A stretch of DNA of 64,000 nt from positions 134,198 to 198,197 of the forward strand of contig CAZIDK010000001.1 of NCBI GenBank assembly GCA_964537895.1, written 5' to 3'. Numbering within the stretch: the stretch's first letter is position 1; each line of letters opens with the position of its first letter. The notes beneath the pieces are model-generated. The model was not told the DNA's origin, did no database searches, and saw only the letters and a program-made list of their open reading frames with translations. Shown one piece after another: positions 10,270 through 19,517 of this stretch. This DNA is from an uncultured Gammaproteobacteria bacterium. Its GTDB lineage: Bacteria > Patescibacteriota > Microgenomatia > Levybacterales > UBA12049. Both the position numbers and the translations under genes were made by a program.

Positions 10270-11448
10270 ATGAAAATAAATAAACTTCAGCCCTACCTTG
10301 TGTATTTTTTAATATTCGGAATTACTTTTATAATCTATTTTCTTACTTCCTCTGAAAATACTCCATATAACTATTTTGTTAGACTTGCCGATGCTTTTAT
10401 CAATCACAGGCTTTATCTTACAGAACACCCATCATGGCTAAGTGAATTAATTCCCATCGCGGGTAAGTATTACGTCGCTTATCCTCCAATGCCGGCAATA
10501 TTATTAATTCCGTTTGTTGCGATTTTTGGAACTGGGTTTTCACAAACTATTTTTTCAATATTCTTAGGTAGCCTTAACCCGATTATTTTATATAGTATTT
10601 TTAAAAAAATAAAAATATCTGAAAAAACAGCTTTGCTTACAACTATTTTTTTTGTATTCGGAACCAACTATTGGTTTTTATCAAGCGTAGGCTCTTCTTG
10701 GTATTTAGCCCACATTGTTGCTATTTTTTTTCTACTCTTAGCAATAAGAGAAACTTTTACAAAACAAAGGTTAATTATCATAGGTTTATTGTTGGGAGCA
10801 AGTTATTGGTCGCGGTCTGCAACAATTTTCGCTTTCCCCTTTTTTCTTTTATACTTGAACGACAAATTTCTACCAATAAACAAAAAATCTATTTATAATT
10901 TAATATCTTTTGGAATTTCTGTTGGTTTTTTTATTTTTTTGAACAGTCTTTATGGTTATCTTAGGTTTTCAAGTATTGATCCCGTTTCCCCTTATTGGAG
11001 CGCGCTTCAATCACAAAAATCATTAAATTTAAAAGACGGTGTTTTAAACATTATTCATATTCCTTCGCAACTTAGCGCAATGTTTTTAAGTCTCCCCCGT
11101 TTTCAAAAAGAATGGCCCTATATAATTCCTTCTCTTTATAGTCTTGCCATATGGTTTACTTCTCCCGCAATAATTTTTATTCTTAAAGCAAAAAAATCTC
11201 TGTTGACGATTTCACTGTGGGCTGCAATTATTCCAATCTTTTTTGTAATATCCTTATGGAAGTTTTCCGGATACAGCCAATTTGGATTTCGTTATGCCCA
11301 AGATTTTATGCCTTTTGCACTAATTTTGGTTGCTTTAGGTATCGGACAAAAACCAAAATTAATTACATATTTTTTGGTTTTCTTAAGTATAATTATTAAT
11401 TTTTGGGGAATAATTATGATTAACTTTTTGAATATTTGGATAATGTAA
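10270..11448 (+). CDS. GT-C fold membrane glycosyltransferase (ArnT/PMT_2-like)
   Basis: About 390 aa polytopic membrane protein. The first extracytoplasmic loop carries acidic and aromatic residues after TM1, as in ArnT/PMT_2. The ORF track starts at 10246, but the Met at 10270 avoids overlap with the upstream stop. Confidence 0.45.
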   Translation: MKINKLQPYLVYFLIFGITFIIYFLTSSENTPYNYFVRLADAFINHRLYLTEHPSWLSELIPIAGKYYVAYPPMPAILLIPFVAIFGTGFSQTIFSIFLGSLNPIILYSIFKKIKISEKTALLTTIFFVFGTNYWFLSSVGSSWYLAHIVAIFFLLLAIRETFTKQRLIIIGLLLGASYWSRSATIFAFPFFLLYLNDKFLPINKKSIYNLISFGISVGFFIFLNSLYGYLRFSSIDPVSPYWSALQSQKSLNLKDGVLNIIHIPSQLSAMFLSLPRFQKEWPYIIPSLYSLAIWFTSPAIIFILKAKKSLLTISLWAAIIPIFFVISLWKFSGYSQFGFRYAQDFMPFALILVALGIGQKPKLITYFLVFLSIIINFWGIIMINFLNIWIM

Positions 11449-11453
11449 CGAAG

Positions 11454-12797
11454 TTATTTCCAGCTGGAAAACCAAAAGTAAGAATCATACCAACTAACGC
11501 ATCCTTGAGGAATTACGCACTTAGGCATATGTATCGCCGTCCATAATGGGAAAAAATAAACAAATAAAATTAGCGACAGAGAAAGAAAAGTTATCACGAA
11601 TGCTTTACCGATTTTTTGAGACAAAAGCTTGTTGAGAACATATCCTGTTGCAATTGCCAAAAATGGAACTGCCGGCAGGTAATGGTAGTAGAACATAATT
11701 CTCGGAGAACCAACCCATGGCAAGAAAAAACCAAAGTAACCAATGAGAACTATGGCAATTGCCATTGTTCTTTTTCTGATGAATTCAAAAAGAAGAAAAA
11801 TAACCGATACTAATCCAAACCACATAAAAAGCGGGTTGCCCAAGTTATAAATACCGGCAATCGTATTGTCTTTATAATCTACATAAATCCAAACCGGCCT
11901 AAGATCAAAAGCCCATTGCGAAGGAGTCGACTGGTATGGATGAGTTGCTTTTAGACGCGTATGGTACCAATACATTTGCTGTTGCAGTCCAATAAAAGTT
12001 TCGACATTGAAAACTGAAGATTTGTTACCTGGCGGAGTATGTTTTCCTGTAAAAAATGGAAGATAAACAGCCAGATAAACAAGCAAAGGAATAATTAAAA
12101 AGAATAAAGGCGCTGCTATTAAATTTTTTAGAGCTTTTCTTTTGGAAATATCTTTTTTTCTAAGTTTTAAAACAAGCTGAATAATATATATTATGCCGAT
12201 TATTCCTATTCCAAAAAGTCCTGTCCATTTTGATGCGATAGAAAGTCCCAATGCTAAGCCCAGCAAAAGTTTTCTGTTATGCAAAAATAAGAAGAAAGCA
12301 AGCAAAATAAAAAAGAGAAAATACATATCGTTCATGGCAATACGCGACATGGTAAGAAGAAGTCCGTCTAAAGAAGCGGCAAAAGCCGCAAATAATGCAA
12401 TTAAACGGTTTTTAAAAAGCTTGTAGCTAATTAAATAAATTAAGACTATTACACCAAAACCGAAAAGGGCTGAAAAAAATCTCCAGGCAAACGGATTATC
12501 ACCAAAAACAGACATTGCAATTACCATGAATTCTTTGGCTAAAGGCGGATGCGTCCATTCATAAGCAAACCCTTTAGGAGGAGTGTTCCACCATTCCCAG
12601 GCGGCCGGATTACCTCTGAACATTTGTTGTGCGGTAAAAGCATGATAAACCTCATCGAATATGTGATTTTTTGGAATTCCCAAGCGGACAAACCTTGTTA
12701 AAAAGGCTAAAGTAAAAATTATAATTTCGGGAAGAAAAAATAATATTTTATTAATAATTTTTTCACTCTTTATTTTTGGTTTTTTATTTTTTTTCAT
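11454..12797 (-). CDS. dolichyl-phosphate-mannose protein O-mannosyltransferase family (GT39/PMT)
   Basis: 447 aa polytopic. The loop-1 DE motif is in the PMT context HIFDEVYHAFTAQQM, followed by a long hydrophobic core with RIAMND and YHY segments. Confidence 0.65.
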   Translation of the reverse strand: MKKNKKPKIKSEKIINKILFFLPEIIIFTLAFLTRFVRLGIPKNHIFDEVYHAFTAQQMFRGNPAAWEWWNTPPKGFAYEWTHPPLAKEFMVIAMSVFGDNPFAWRFFSALFGFGVIVLIYLISYKLFKNRLIALFAAFAASLDGLLLTMSRIAMNDMYFLFFILLAFFLFLHNRKLLLGLALGLSIASKWTGLFGIGIIGIIYIIQLVLKLRKKDISKRKALKNLIAAPLFFLIIPLLVYLAVYLPFFTGKHTPPGNKSSVFNVETFIGLQQQMYWYHTRLKATHPYQSTPSQWAFDLRPVWIYVDYKDNTIAGIYNLGNPLFMWFGLVSVIFLLFEFIRKRTMAIAIVLIGYFGFFLPWVGSPRIMFYYHYLPAVPFLAIATGYVLNKLLSQKIGKAFVITFLSLSLILFVYFFPLWTAIHMPKCVIPQGCVSWYDSYFWFSSWK

Positions 12798-14046
12798 AAA
12801 TTAATTTTTGATTTTTATAATAAACATGCAACATGATACCAAATATAATTAGCGAAAACACAGAAAAAAATACCTGATAATTTGAGGATATATCAAAAAT
12901 AATATTCTTCGGAGCCATTGGATTATTATAAATAACGTTATAGTAATAATAAGAATAAAACAGATTAATAAAATTAATAATAGCGAGGACAATATAGCTT
13001 ACAATAAGTGTTCTTGACCTAAAAACACACGCTGAAATAATAAGGAGCGAAAAGACCGGAAATAAGTGCCTTTCATGAATGCGGGTTAAAAATAAAAAAA
13101 AAGCAAATGATAAAATTGTATACAAAAGATAATCTAGTCTTATAAATGATTTTGATTTTTTTATTAATAAAGGAATAAAAATAATACAGAGTACAAATCC
13201 ATATAAAACATAACCCCACATATGATATGACAAATTAAGCCATAACGTCGCATCCGGCTTCCACCATCCAAAAAGTCCCCAAAAATTATAAGCGTTAATA
13301 GAGGTATAAGGATAAACATTCAAAGAGGTTGATAGGTGTTTAAATGGTCCAAAGAATGGGTCGCTTGGAAAAAATGGCATTGTGACAATAAAAAAAATTA
13401 ATAAAGATACTCCTGATGCTTTTAATATTTTTTGAGCGGAAAAATTTTTAATTATTCTATATAACATTAACGGAAAAAGAGCGACGTTCAAAGGTTTAAT
13501 TAAAAATGATAAAACGCTTGCAGAAAGCGATTTAACAATATTCTTTTTTTCTTCAAGCTGATATAAAGATAAAGTAAGAAGAAAAGTTGGTATTGCATCT
13601 ATTTGCCCCCATACTGAACTGTTAAAAATTACGCTTGGATTTAGCAAATATAAAATGCTCCCCAAATACGCCCATTTTTTAGAATGTTTATTTATAATTT
13701 TTAAAATTATAAATGCGGTTAAAATATCAAAAATATTACTTATAACTTTTATGTAAATTTCAAAACCAATTGAAAAAATAGCAGCGTTTCCAAAAATTAA
13801 TGCAAATATTTTTGCTAAAATAAAAAGGGAGAGATAGAAAAACGGAAAATAATCTGCAAAAATATTTGCTGAATAAAAATTAAACGGTCCAACTTCTACA
13901 AGTCTTGCCGCCCATGCTTGCCAGTCATTCATATCTATTTTAAAACTTGGTTGAGTAAATAAGAAAATACGTATAAATAAAATAGCCATTATGGAAAGAG
14001 TTGCCGGTAGGGGTATTTTTCTATATTCTCTTAAAAAATTTTCCAT
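12784..14046 (-). CDS. GT-C superfamily polytopic membrane glycosyltransferase, family uncertain
   Basis: 420 aa with at least 10 TM segments. It is adjacent to and co-oriented with the PMT-family gene. It has no soluble catalytic domain. Confidence 0.4.
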   Translation of the reverse strand: MENFLREYRKIPLPATLSIMAILFIRIFLFTQPSFKIDMNDWQAWAARLVEVGPFNFYSANIFADYFPFFYLSLFILAKIFALIFGNAAIFSIGFEIYIKVISNIFDILTAFIILKIINKHSKKWAYLGSILYLLNPSVIFNSSVWGQIDAIPTFLLTLSLYQLEEKKNIVKSLSASVLSFLIKPLNVALFPLMLYRIIKNFSAQKILKASGVSLLIFFIVTMPFFPSDPFFGPFKHLSTSLNVYPYTSINAYNFWGLFGWWKPDATLWLNLSYHMWGYVLYGFVLCIIFIPLLIKKSKSFIRLDYLLYTILSFAFFLFLTRIHERHLFPVFSLLIISACVFRSRTLIVSYIVLAIINFINLFYSYYYYNVIYNNPMAPKNIIFDISSNYQVFFSVFSLIIFGIMLHVYYKNQKLIYEKK

Positions 14047-14052
14047 TGTTAT

Positions 14053-15219
14053 TTAGCTTTGGGGTTTTATGGAAACAGAGCAATTGCCCGTTTTTACTTC
14101 ACAATATATGTATTTTTGTATTTCTGTAAAATTTCCATTTCCTAATCTTGGAATAAGTACCCATTCCAAATTATAATCACTTGTTATTGGAGGATTTATA
14201 AGAAGTCCCGGCCTTTGAGCTTTTTCATCTCCCGTATCTATTACTGCGCTGTTTATTCTTACCTGATTCATTTTCTGGGCAAGTCTTACAAAATCGTCAA
14301 ACTCATCTTGTTTTATATCTGTATCTATACTGCCTTTTAAAACGCTATATAGACTCAGAATTTTTGCGGGGTTTATAAGCGTTTGTGCGGATAAAACTTT
14401 GTCTTTAAAAGCTTTTATTACTTTTTCCTGTCTTTTGCTTCTTGCAAAATCACTTCCCTCATTACCCTCCGAACTCCTTGATCTTACAAATTCAAGAGCT
14501 GTTTCTCCGTCCATGCGCTGTAATCCTTTATCAAAACGTAAATATTTATACCGGCAGGGCAATTCTTGGGGCAACAATTCAGCAGATACAGTAGCTAAGC
14601 TTTGAAGTTCTTCCGGGGTTTTATTGCAGGAATCGTTTTCCTTACCGCTAATTGGATATTGATAATCAACAAAAGAGTTATCAACCATAACGTCCAAACC
14701 TCCGACAATATTAACTGCCTTAACAAAACCCGAAAAATCAATCCTTAATCCGTAATCAACATCCCAACCTGTAACTTTTTCTACTATTTTTTTTGATAAA
14801 AGCAATCCTCCGCCTTTTCTTTTTAACTCTCCGACTGCGTATGCACTGTTAATTCTTTTATCATCTCCTTCTAAGTCAGGCATCCATAAATCTCTTGGAA
14901 TTGATATAAGAGTCATTTTATTATTTTTAAGATCAAGGCTTGCAAGGATAATTGTATCTGTTAAATTCGGGCCGTCATGACTTCCGCCTCCGATACCCAA
15001 AAGAAGAATGTTAATCCTATTGTTGGTTTCTTTTAATGCAACTCCTTTATCAAAAAACAAATGGAATAAAAATGGATACAAATTGGCTGTTTTTACAATA
15101 ATAAATACTGCTAAAATAACCACAAAAATTCCTACGATAATTAAGGGTTTTTTATTATGCATTTTGAATAATTTTGATAAACTCTTCCGCCTCAAGACTT
15201 GCTCCTCCAACCAAAACAC
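14053..15219 (-). CDS. LytR-CpsA-Psr (LCP) family cell-envelope phosphotransferase
   Basis: An N-terminal TM is followed by INILLLGIGGGSHDGPNLTDTIILASLD...LISIPRDLW...GGGLLL...GLRIDFSGFVKAVNIVGGLDV, which is the LCP core. The start may be the internal Met at 15162. Confidence 0.8.
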   Translation of the reverse strand: MFWLEEQVLRRKSLSKLFKMHNKKPLIIVGIFVVILAVFIIVKTANLYPFLFHLFFDKGVALKETNNRINILLLGIGGGSHDGPNLTDTIILASLDLKNNKMTLISIPRDLWMPDLEGDDKRINSAYAVGELKRKGGGLLLSKKIVEKVTGWDVDYGLRIDFSGFVKAVNIVGGLDVMVDNSFVDYQYPISGKENDSCNKTPEELQSLATVSAELLPQELPCRYKYLRFDKGLQRMDGETALEFVRSRSSEGNEGSDFARSKRQEKVIKAFKDKVLSAQTLINPAKILSLYSVLKGSIDTDIKQDEFDDFVRLAQKMNQVRINSAVIDTGDEKAQRPGLLINPPITSDYNLEWVLIPRLGNGNFTEIQKYIYCEVKTGNCSVSIKPQS

Positions 15220-15820
15220 CGGTTAAATCTGTTTTCCCCGTAAAGCTCTTAACATTATCGAAAGTTACACTTCCTCCATAAAGAACTTGATAATTATTTT
15301 TTTCTTTTATTAGAAAGGCCGTCTTATCGGCGTTTTCCGGGGTATCGGGAACGCTACTGCCGATTGCAAATACTGGTTCGTATGCGACTATTTCAACTCC
15401 TTGAGGAATTAAATTATCATTACTTGAAACCAGAAAAATCGGCTTAAGTCCGTATCTAAGAGAAAGCTCAACTTTTTTTGAAAGTATGTCATCTGTTTCG
15501 TTAAAATTATTTCTTCTTTCTGAATGTCCAATCAAAACATACTCCGCAAAATCTTTTATTTGTTTTGCATTTACCTCTCCCGTATAAGCTCCTTCGTCAA
15601 AAGCCGAAACATTTTGTGCTCCAATTTTTACAGACAAACTGTTATCGAAAACATATGAGCTAAATATAGAAAGCAGGGTAAGGGAAGGACAAATAACTAT
15701 TTCCTTATTATCAAAATTTTGTCCCAATTCTCTTATTTTTTTGAAGTTTTCTAACCATTCCTTAGCTTCGATTTGAGTCTTATAGGACTTTAAGTTGGCA
15801 ACTATCAAAAGCTTATTCAT
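15155..15820 (-). CDS. tpiA: triosephosphate isomerase
   Basis: ANLK (the N-terminal catalytic Lys region), IGHSERR, EPVFAIGS and YGGSV motifs are present. Confidence 0.9.
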   Translation of the reverse strand: MNKLLIVANLKSYKTQIEAKEWLENFKKIRELGQNFDNKEIVICPSLTLLSIFSSYVFDNSLSVKIGAQNVSAFDEGAYTGEVNAKQIKDFAEYVLIGHSERRNNFNETDDILSKKVELSLRYGLKPIFLVSSNDNLIPQGVEIVAYEPVFAIGSSVPDTPENADKTAFLIKEKNNYQVLYGGSVTFDNVKSFTGKTDLTGVLVGGASLEAEEFIKIIQNA

Positions 15821-15841
15821 GCTTGAGCCGCGTTTGACGCG

Positions 15842-17716
15842 GTGGTATCATTATACGGTATGAGGCAAGATTTTCTCAAGGACTTGAATAAGGAACAGCT
15901 CCAGGCAGTGCTTCAAAAAAATGGTCCGATGATAATATTAGCCGGAGCAGGTAGCGGCAAAACAAGGGTTTTAACCTATAAAGTTATCTATTTAATTTCA
16001 GAAGGGATAAGTCCTTTCAACATTCTCATGGTAACTTTTACTAATAAAGCCAGTAAAGAAATGAAAGAAAGAATGCAAAAGTTTTTTAAAAAAGGTGACA
16101 AACAGGTTTCCGAACTTCCGTCAATATCTACTTTTCATGCGCTTTGTGCAAAAATATTAAGAATTGAAGGTAAATACATTGGGATCCCAAATAATTTCTT
16201 AATATACGATAGTCAAGATCAAAAAGACACAATAAAAGAAGCCTTTAATCTTTTAGGGCTATCTCTAAAAGAGTACAAACCTTCATCTATTCTTGCAACC
16301 ATATCTCAAGCAAAAAACGAATTAATTGATGAAACACAATATCCGTCTTTTGCCAGAGGGCATTTTCAAGAAGTAGTTTCCAGAGTTTATGTAATTTATC
16401 AAAAAATCTTAAAGGAAAATGCTGCTTTGGATTTTGATGATTTAATTTTAAAAACAGTTGAGTTATTTAGAAAAAACCCGGATGTTTTGGAAAAATATCA
16501 AAATAAATTTAAGTATATTTTTGTAGATGAATATCAGGACACAAATCACGCACAATACCTGCTTACGAAACTGCTTAGCCGGAAATGGAACAATATTTGC
16601 GTCGTCGGCGATTTTTCTCAAAGCATATATAGTTTTAGAGGCGCAGATTTTTTAAACCTTGCAAAGTTTAAAGAGGATTTTAAAGATACAAAAACTTTTT
16701 CTCTTTCACAAAATTATAGATCAACTCAAAGAATTCTTGACGGGGCTTCTTCTGTTATATCTAAAAATAACGGTCATCCTGTTTTACAACTTTGGACCGA
16801 AAACAAAGCCGGAGAAGATATTTCAATTTTTGAAGCGTTAAATGAACAGCGTGAAGCGGAATTTACCTTAGAAGAAATGGAAAAAATTAAATATCAGAAT
16901 CCGAGTTTAAGATATTATGATTTCGCAATTCTTTACAGGACAAACGCGCAATCGAGGGCAATTGAGGAAGTTTTTATTCATAGCGGAATTCCATACATCC
17001 TAATCGGCGGAACAAGATTTTACGAAAGAAAAGAAGTCAAAGATGTGCTTTCTTATTTAAGAGTTATTGCAAATCCCAAAGACAAAATTTCTTTAAAAAG
17101 ATTAGAAAAATTAGGCAAAGGAAAATTTGTTAAATTCCTGGATTTTCAAAAAACTTTAGATGAAAAAAATATAAGTAGTGATACGACAATTTCTATTATG
17201 GATAGTGCTTTAAAAGCAACAGATTATCTTTCTTTATACAACGCAAAAGACGGGGAAGATTTGGGAAGACTTGAAAATATCAAGGAGCTTCGTTCTGTTG
17301 CAATCTCCTATCCTAATCTTGGAGAGTTTTTAGAAAATGTATCTTTGGTTGAACAAGAATATATACCCGATCACATAAAAGACGAAAACGGCAAGAAAGA
17401 TGCAATAAATTTAATGACTTTGCATGCGGCTAAAGGTTTGGAGTTTCCTGTTGTTTTTATGGTAGGAATGGAAGAGGGACTTTTTCCGCATAGCAGGAGC
17501 ATGATGGATAAAAATGAACTTGAAGAAGAAAGAAGACTCTGTTATGTTGGGATGACAAGAGCTAAAGAAAAACTCTTTTTAACCTATTCAAGAAAAAGGC
17601 TTTTCTTCGGACAAAAAACGACAAATATTGTGTCTAGATTTATACTGGAACTTCCGGAAGGAGTGTTGGAGAAAAGCTTAAATCGGATACGGATTGACGT
17701 TCCTGAATATTTATGA
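15842..17716 (+). CDS. UvrD/PcrA-family ATP-dependent DNA helicase
   Basis: GAGSGKTRVLT Walker A, FVDEYQDTN Walker B, helicase motifs through the Q-rich and VGMTRAK motif VI regions. The likely start is Met-7 (15860). Confidence 0.9.
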   Translation: MVSLYGMRQDFLKDLNKEQLQAVLQKNGPMIILAGAGSGKTRVLTYKVIYLISEGISPFNILMVTFTNKASKEMKERMQKFFKKGDKQVSELPSISTFHALCAKILRIEGKYIGIPNNFLIYDSQDQKDTIKEAFNLLGLSLKEYKPSSILATISQAKNELIDETQYPSFARGHFQEVVSRVYVIYQKILKENAALDFDDLILKTVELFRKNPDVLEKYQNKFKYIFVDEYQDTNHAQYLLTKLLSRKWNNICVVGDFSQSIYSFRGADFLNLAKFKEDFKDTKTFSLSQNYRSTQRILDGASSVISKNNGHPVLQLWTENKAGEDISIFEALNEQREAEFTLEEMEKIKYQNPSLRYYDFAILYRTNAQSRAIEEVFIHSGIPYILIGGTRFYERKEVKDVLSYLRVIANPKDKISLKRLEKLGKGKFVKFLDFQKTLDEKNISSDTTISIMDSALKATDYLSLYNAKDGEDLGRLENIKELRSVAISYPNLGEFLENVSLVEQEYIPDHIKDENGKKDAINLMTLHAAKGLEFPVVFMVGMEEGLFPHSRSMMDKNELEEERRLCYVGMTRAKEKLFLTYSRKRLFFGQKTTNIVSRFILELPEGVLEKSLNRIRIDVPEYL

Positions 17717-18720
17717 TAAATAAAAAATTACATCCCTTGCAATCCCCAGAGTGGGGGGAATTCAGAAAAAAAACAGGCGTTAAAGTTGTTAGGATTAATA
17801 ATTTACAACTCACAATTCATTCTCTTCCCCATACAAAATATACAATCGGATATTTTCCTAAAGGACCGGATATTGATAAAAAAATGCTTGATAAGCTTTT
17901 GGAGATCGGCAAAAAAGAGAACTGCATTTTTATTCAGCTAGAACCAAACGTTGAAAAGATAGATAATAAAAAATATAAGTTAAAAAATCTTTTTCCCTCC
18001 TTACGCCCTCTTTTTACCAAATATACCTTTATTTTAGATTTAACAAAATCGGAAGATAAACTTTTAAAGAACATGAATTCTAAAACAAGATATAACACCA
18101 AATTAGCAGAAAAAAAAGGCGTAAAAGTAATTGAAGATAATTCAGATAAAGCTTTCGAAGAGTATTTACGCCTTACCAAAGAAACAACACAAAGACAAAG
18201 ATTCTATGCCCACAGCGAAAGATATCACAGGCTAATGTGGGAAACGTTAAGTAATCAAAAATCATCCATTCGGGACATTCGGCTGAGCTCAGTCGAAGCC
18301 CAAGCTCAGGACAAAAATCAAAAATCGGATGATACCGAGCTATCTGCGCATTTATTGAAAGCTGAATATGAAGGAGAAATTTTAGCAGCGTGGATTTTAT
18401 TTGTTTTGGGGGATACGCTTTATTATCCTTATGGAGCTTCAAGTACTAAATACAAAGAAGTAATGGCTTCAAATCTTATGATGTGGGAAACAATAAAATT
18501 TGGTAAGAAATTGGGACTTAAAAATTTTGATATGTGGGGCGCGCTTGGGGTAAATCCTAACAGCAAAGACCCTTGGTACGGATTTCATAAGTTTAAAGAG
18601 GGGTATGGAGCAAAACACGTAGAATTTGTAGGCAGTTACGATTATGTTTTGAAGAAGAAATTATATGTTATTTATAATATCTTAAATAATATCCGCTGGC
18701 TTATTCTAAAACTTAAATAA
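17713..18720 (+). CDS. FemAB-family peptidoglycan interpeptide aminoacyl-transferase, carrying a 25-aa in-frame repeat-encoded insertion
   Basis: About 335 aa. It has the FemAB-like N-terminus (SPEWGEFRKKTG) and the conserved C-terminal ...DTLYYPYGASS...GFHKFKEGYG. It overlaps uvrD by ATGA. Residues NQKSSIRDIRLSSVEAQAQDKNQKS are encoded by the 74-nt repeat. Confidence 0.55.
   Translation: MINKKLHPLQSPEWGEFRKKTGVKVVRINNLQLTIHSLPHTKYTIGYFPKGPDIDKKMLDKLLEIGKKENCIFIQLEPNVEKIDNKKYKLKNLFPSLRPLFTKYTFILDLTKSEDKLLKNMNSKTRYNTKLAEKKGVKVIEDNSDKAFEEYLRLTKETTQRQRFYAHSERYHRLMWETLSNQKSSIRDIRLSSVEAQAQDKNQKSDDTELSAHLLKAEYEGEILAAWILFVLGDTLYYPYGASSTKYKEVMASNLMMWETIKFGKKLGLKNFDMWGALGVNPNSKDPWYGFHKFKEGYGAKHVEFVGSYDYVLKKKLYVIYNILNNIRWLILKLK
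18253..18326 (+). repeat. 74-nt insertion-like repeat, copy A (in-frame within the FemAB-family gene)
   Basis: AATCAAAAATCATCCATTCGGGACATTCGGCTGAGCTCAGTCGAAGCCCAAGCTCAGGACAAAAATCAAAAATC. It is identical to the reverse complement of 43946..44019. It has the internal 10-bp palindrome CTGAGCTCAG and 11-nt direct terminal repeats AATCAAAAATC. Confidence 0.85.
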
Positions 18721-19228
18721 TATAAAGGTGTATTTGGTTTTCTTTATCGTAGTCCTTTAAAGGCAACTCCATCTCGTATCTGTAACTAATAATCTTTGTT
18801 CCTTTTTTTAATTCTTTTTTGAATTTGGGCAAAAGTCTATCCAAAGTTTTTGGCACCAAATAAACAAAAATAACGTCGGCTTTGGAAATATCGTGACTGA
18901 AAAGATTTCCGCTTATAATTTTTACTTTATTCGATAATCCGTTTATTTTTAAAATTAATTTTGAAAAAATGACCCTTGAAAAATCTATCTCTACCCCAAC
19001 CCCTGTTGCTCCAAACTCTTTGGCGGCAACCAAAAGTGCCGTTCCTTCTCCCGAACCTAAATCGTAAACATTATCTTCTTTTGTAACTTTTGCCAACCGG
19101 CACATTGCTCTTGCCGTTTTTTTAGAGGTTCTCCACCAGGGAGCCCAAGGACTGTCGGGCGGCCAAACCATTGACAATAAAAAAAGGAGAAATAAAATTA
19201 CTAAAATAATAAAAATATAAAAAAACAT
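18713..19228 (-). CDS. class I SAM-dependent methyltransferase with N-terminal TM
   Basis: VYDLGSGEGTALLVAAKEFGATGVGVEID is SAM-binding motif I. There is an N-terminal hydrophobic helix. Confidence 0.7.
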   Translation of the reverse strand: MFFYIFIILVILFLLFLLSMVWPPDSPWAPWWRTSKKTARAMCRLAKVTKEDNVYDLGSGEGTALLVAAKEFGATGVGVEIDFSRVIFSKLILKINGLSNKVKIISGNLFSHDISKADVIFVYLVPKTLDRLLPKFKKELKKGTKIISYRYEMELPLKDYDKENQIHLYII

Positions 19229-19229
19229 A

Positions 19230-19517
19230 CTAAAAAATATAAATTACTTTTCCAAGAATATCATTTTTTGATACAAAACCAAAATTCTTACTGTCTAAGC
19301 TGTCGTTTAAATTATCTCCTGCTAAAAAATACTTATTTCCGGTTTTTCTTATAATTCTTTTTATCAAAATTTTCTTATTTTTTTTAAATGCAGCTATTTC
19401 TTTAACACTAGGTTCTGAAAACAAATAAGGAATTTTACTAACTAAAACGTGTTGTTCATTTTTAATTGCGGGTTCCATGCTGTGACCAGAAATTTTAAAC
19501 CAGGATAAAAGAAGCAT
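19230..19517 (-). CDS. sodX: nickel-SOD maturation protease SodX (S26 signal-peptidase-like)
   Basis: 95 aa. GHSMEP (Ser nucleophile box) and KRIIRK (catalytic Lys box) are present. It lies immediately downstream of sodN and overlaps it by 1 nt. Confidence 0.7.
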   Translation of the reverse strand: MLLLSWFKISGHSMEPAIKNEQHVLVSKIPYLFSEPSVKEIAAFKKNKKILIKRIIRKTGNKYFLAGDNLNDSLDSKNFGFVSKNDILGKVIYIF

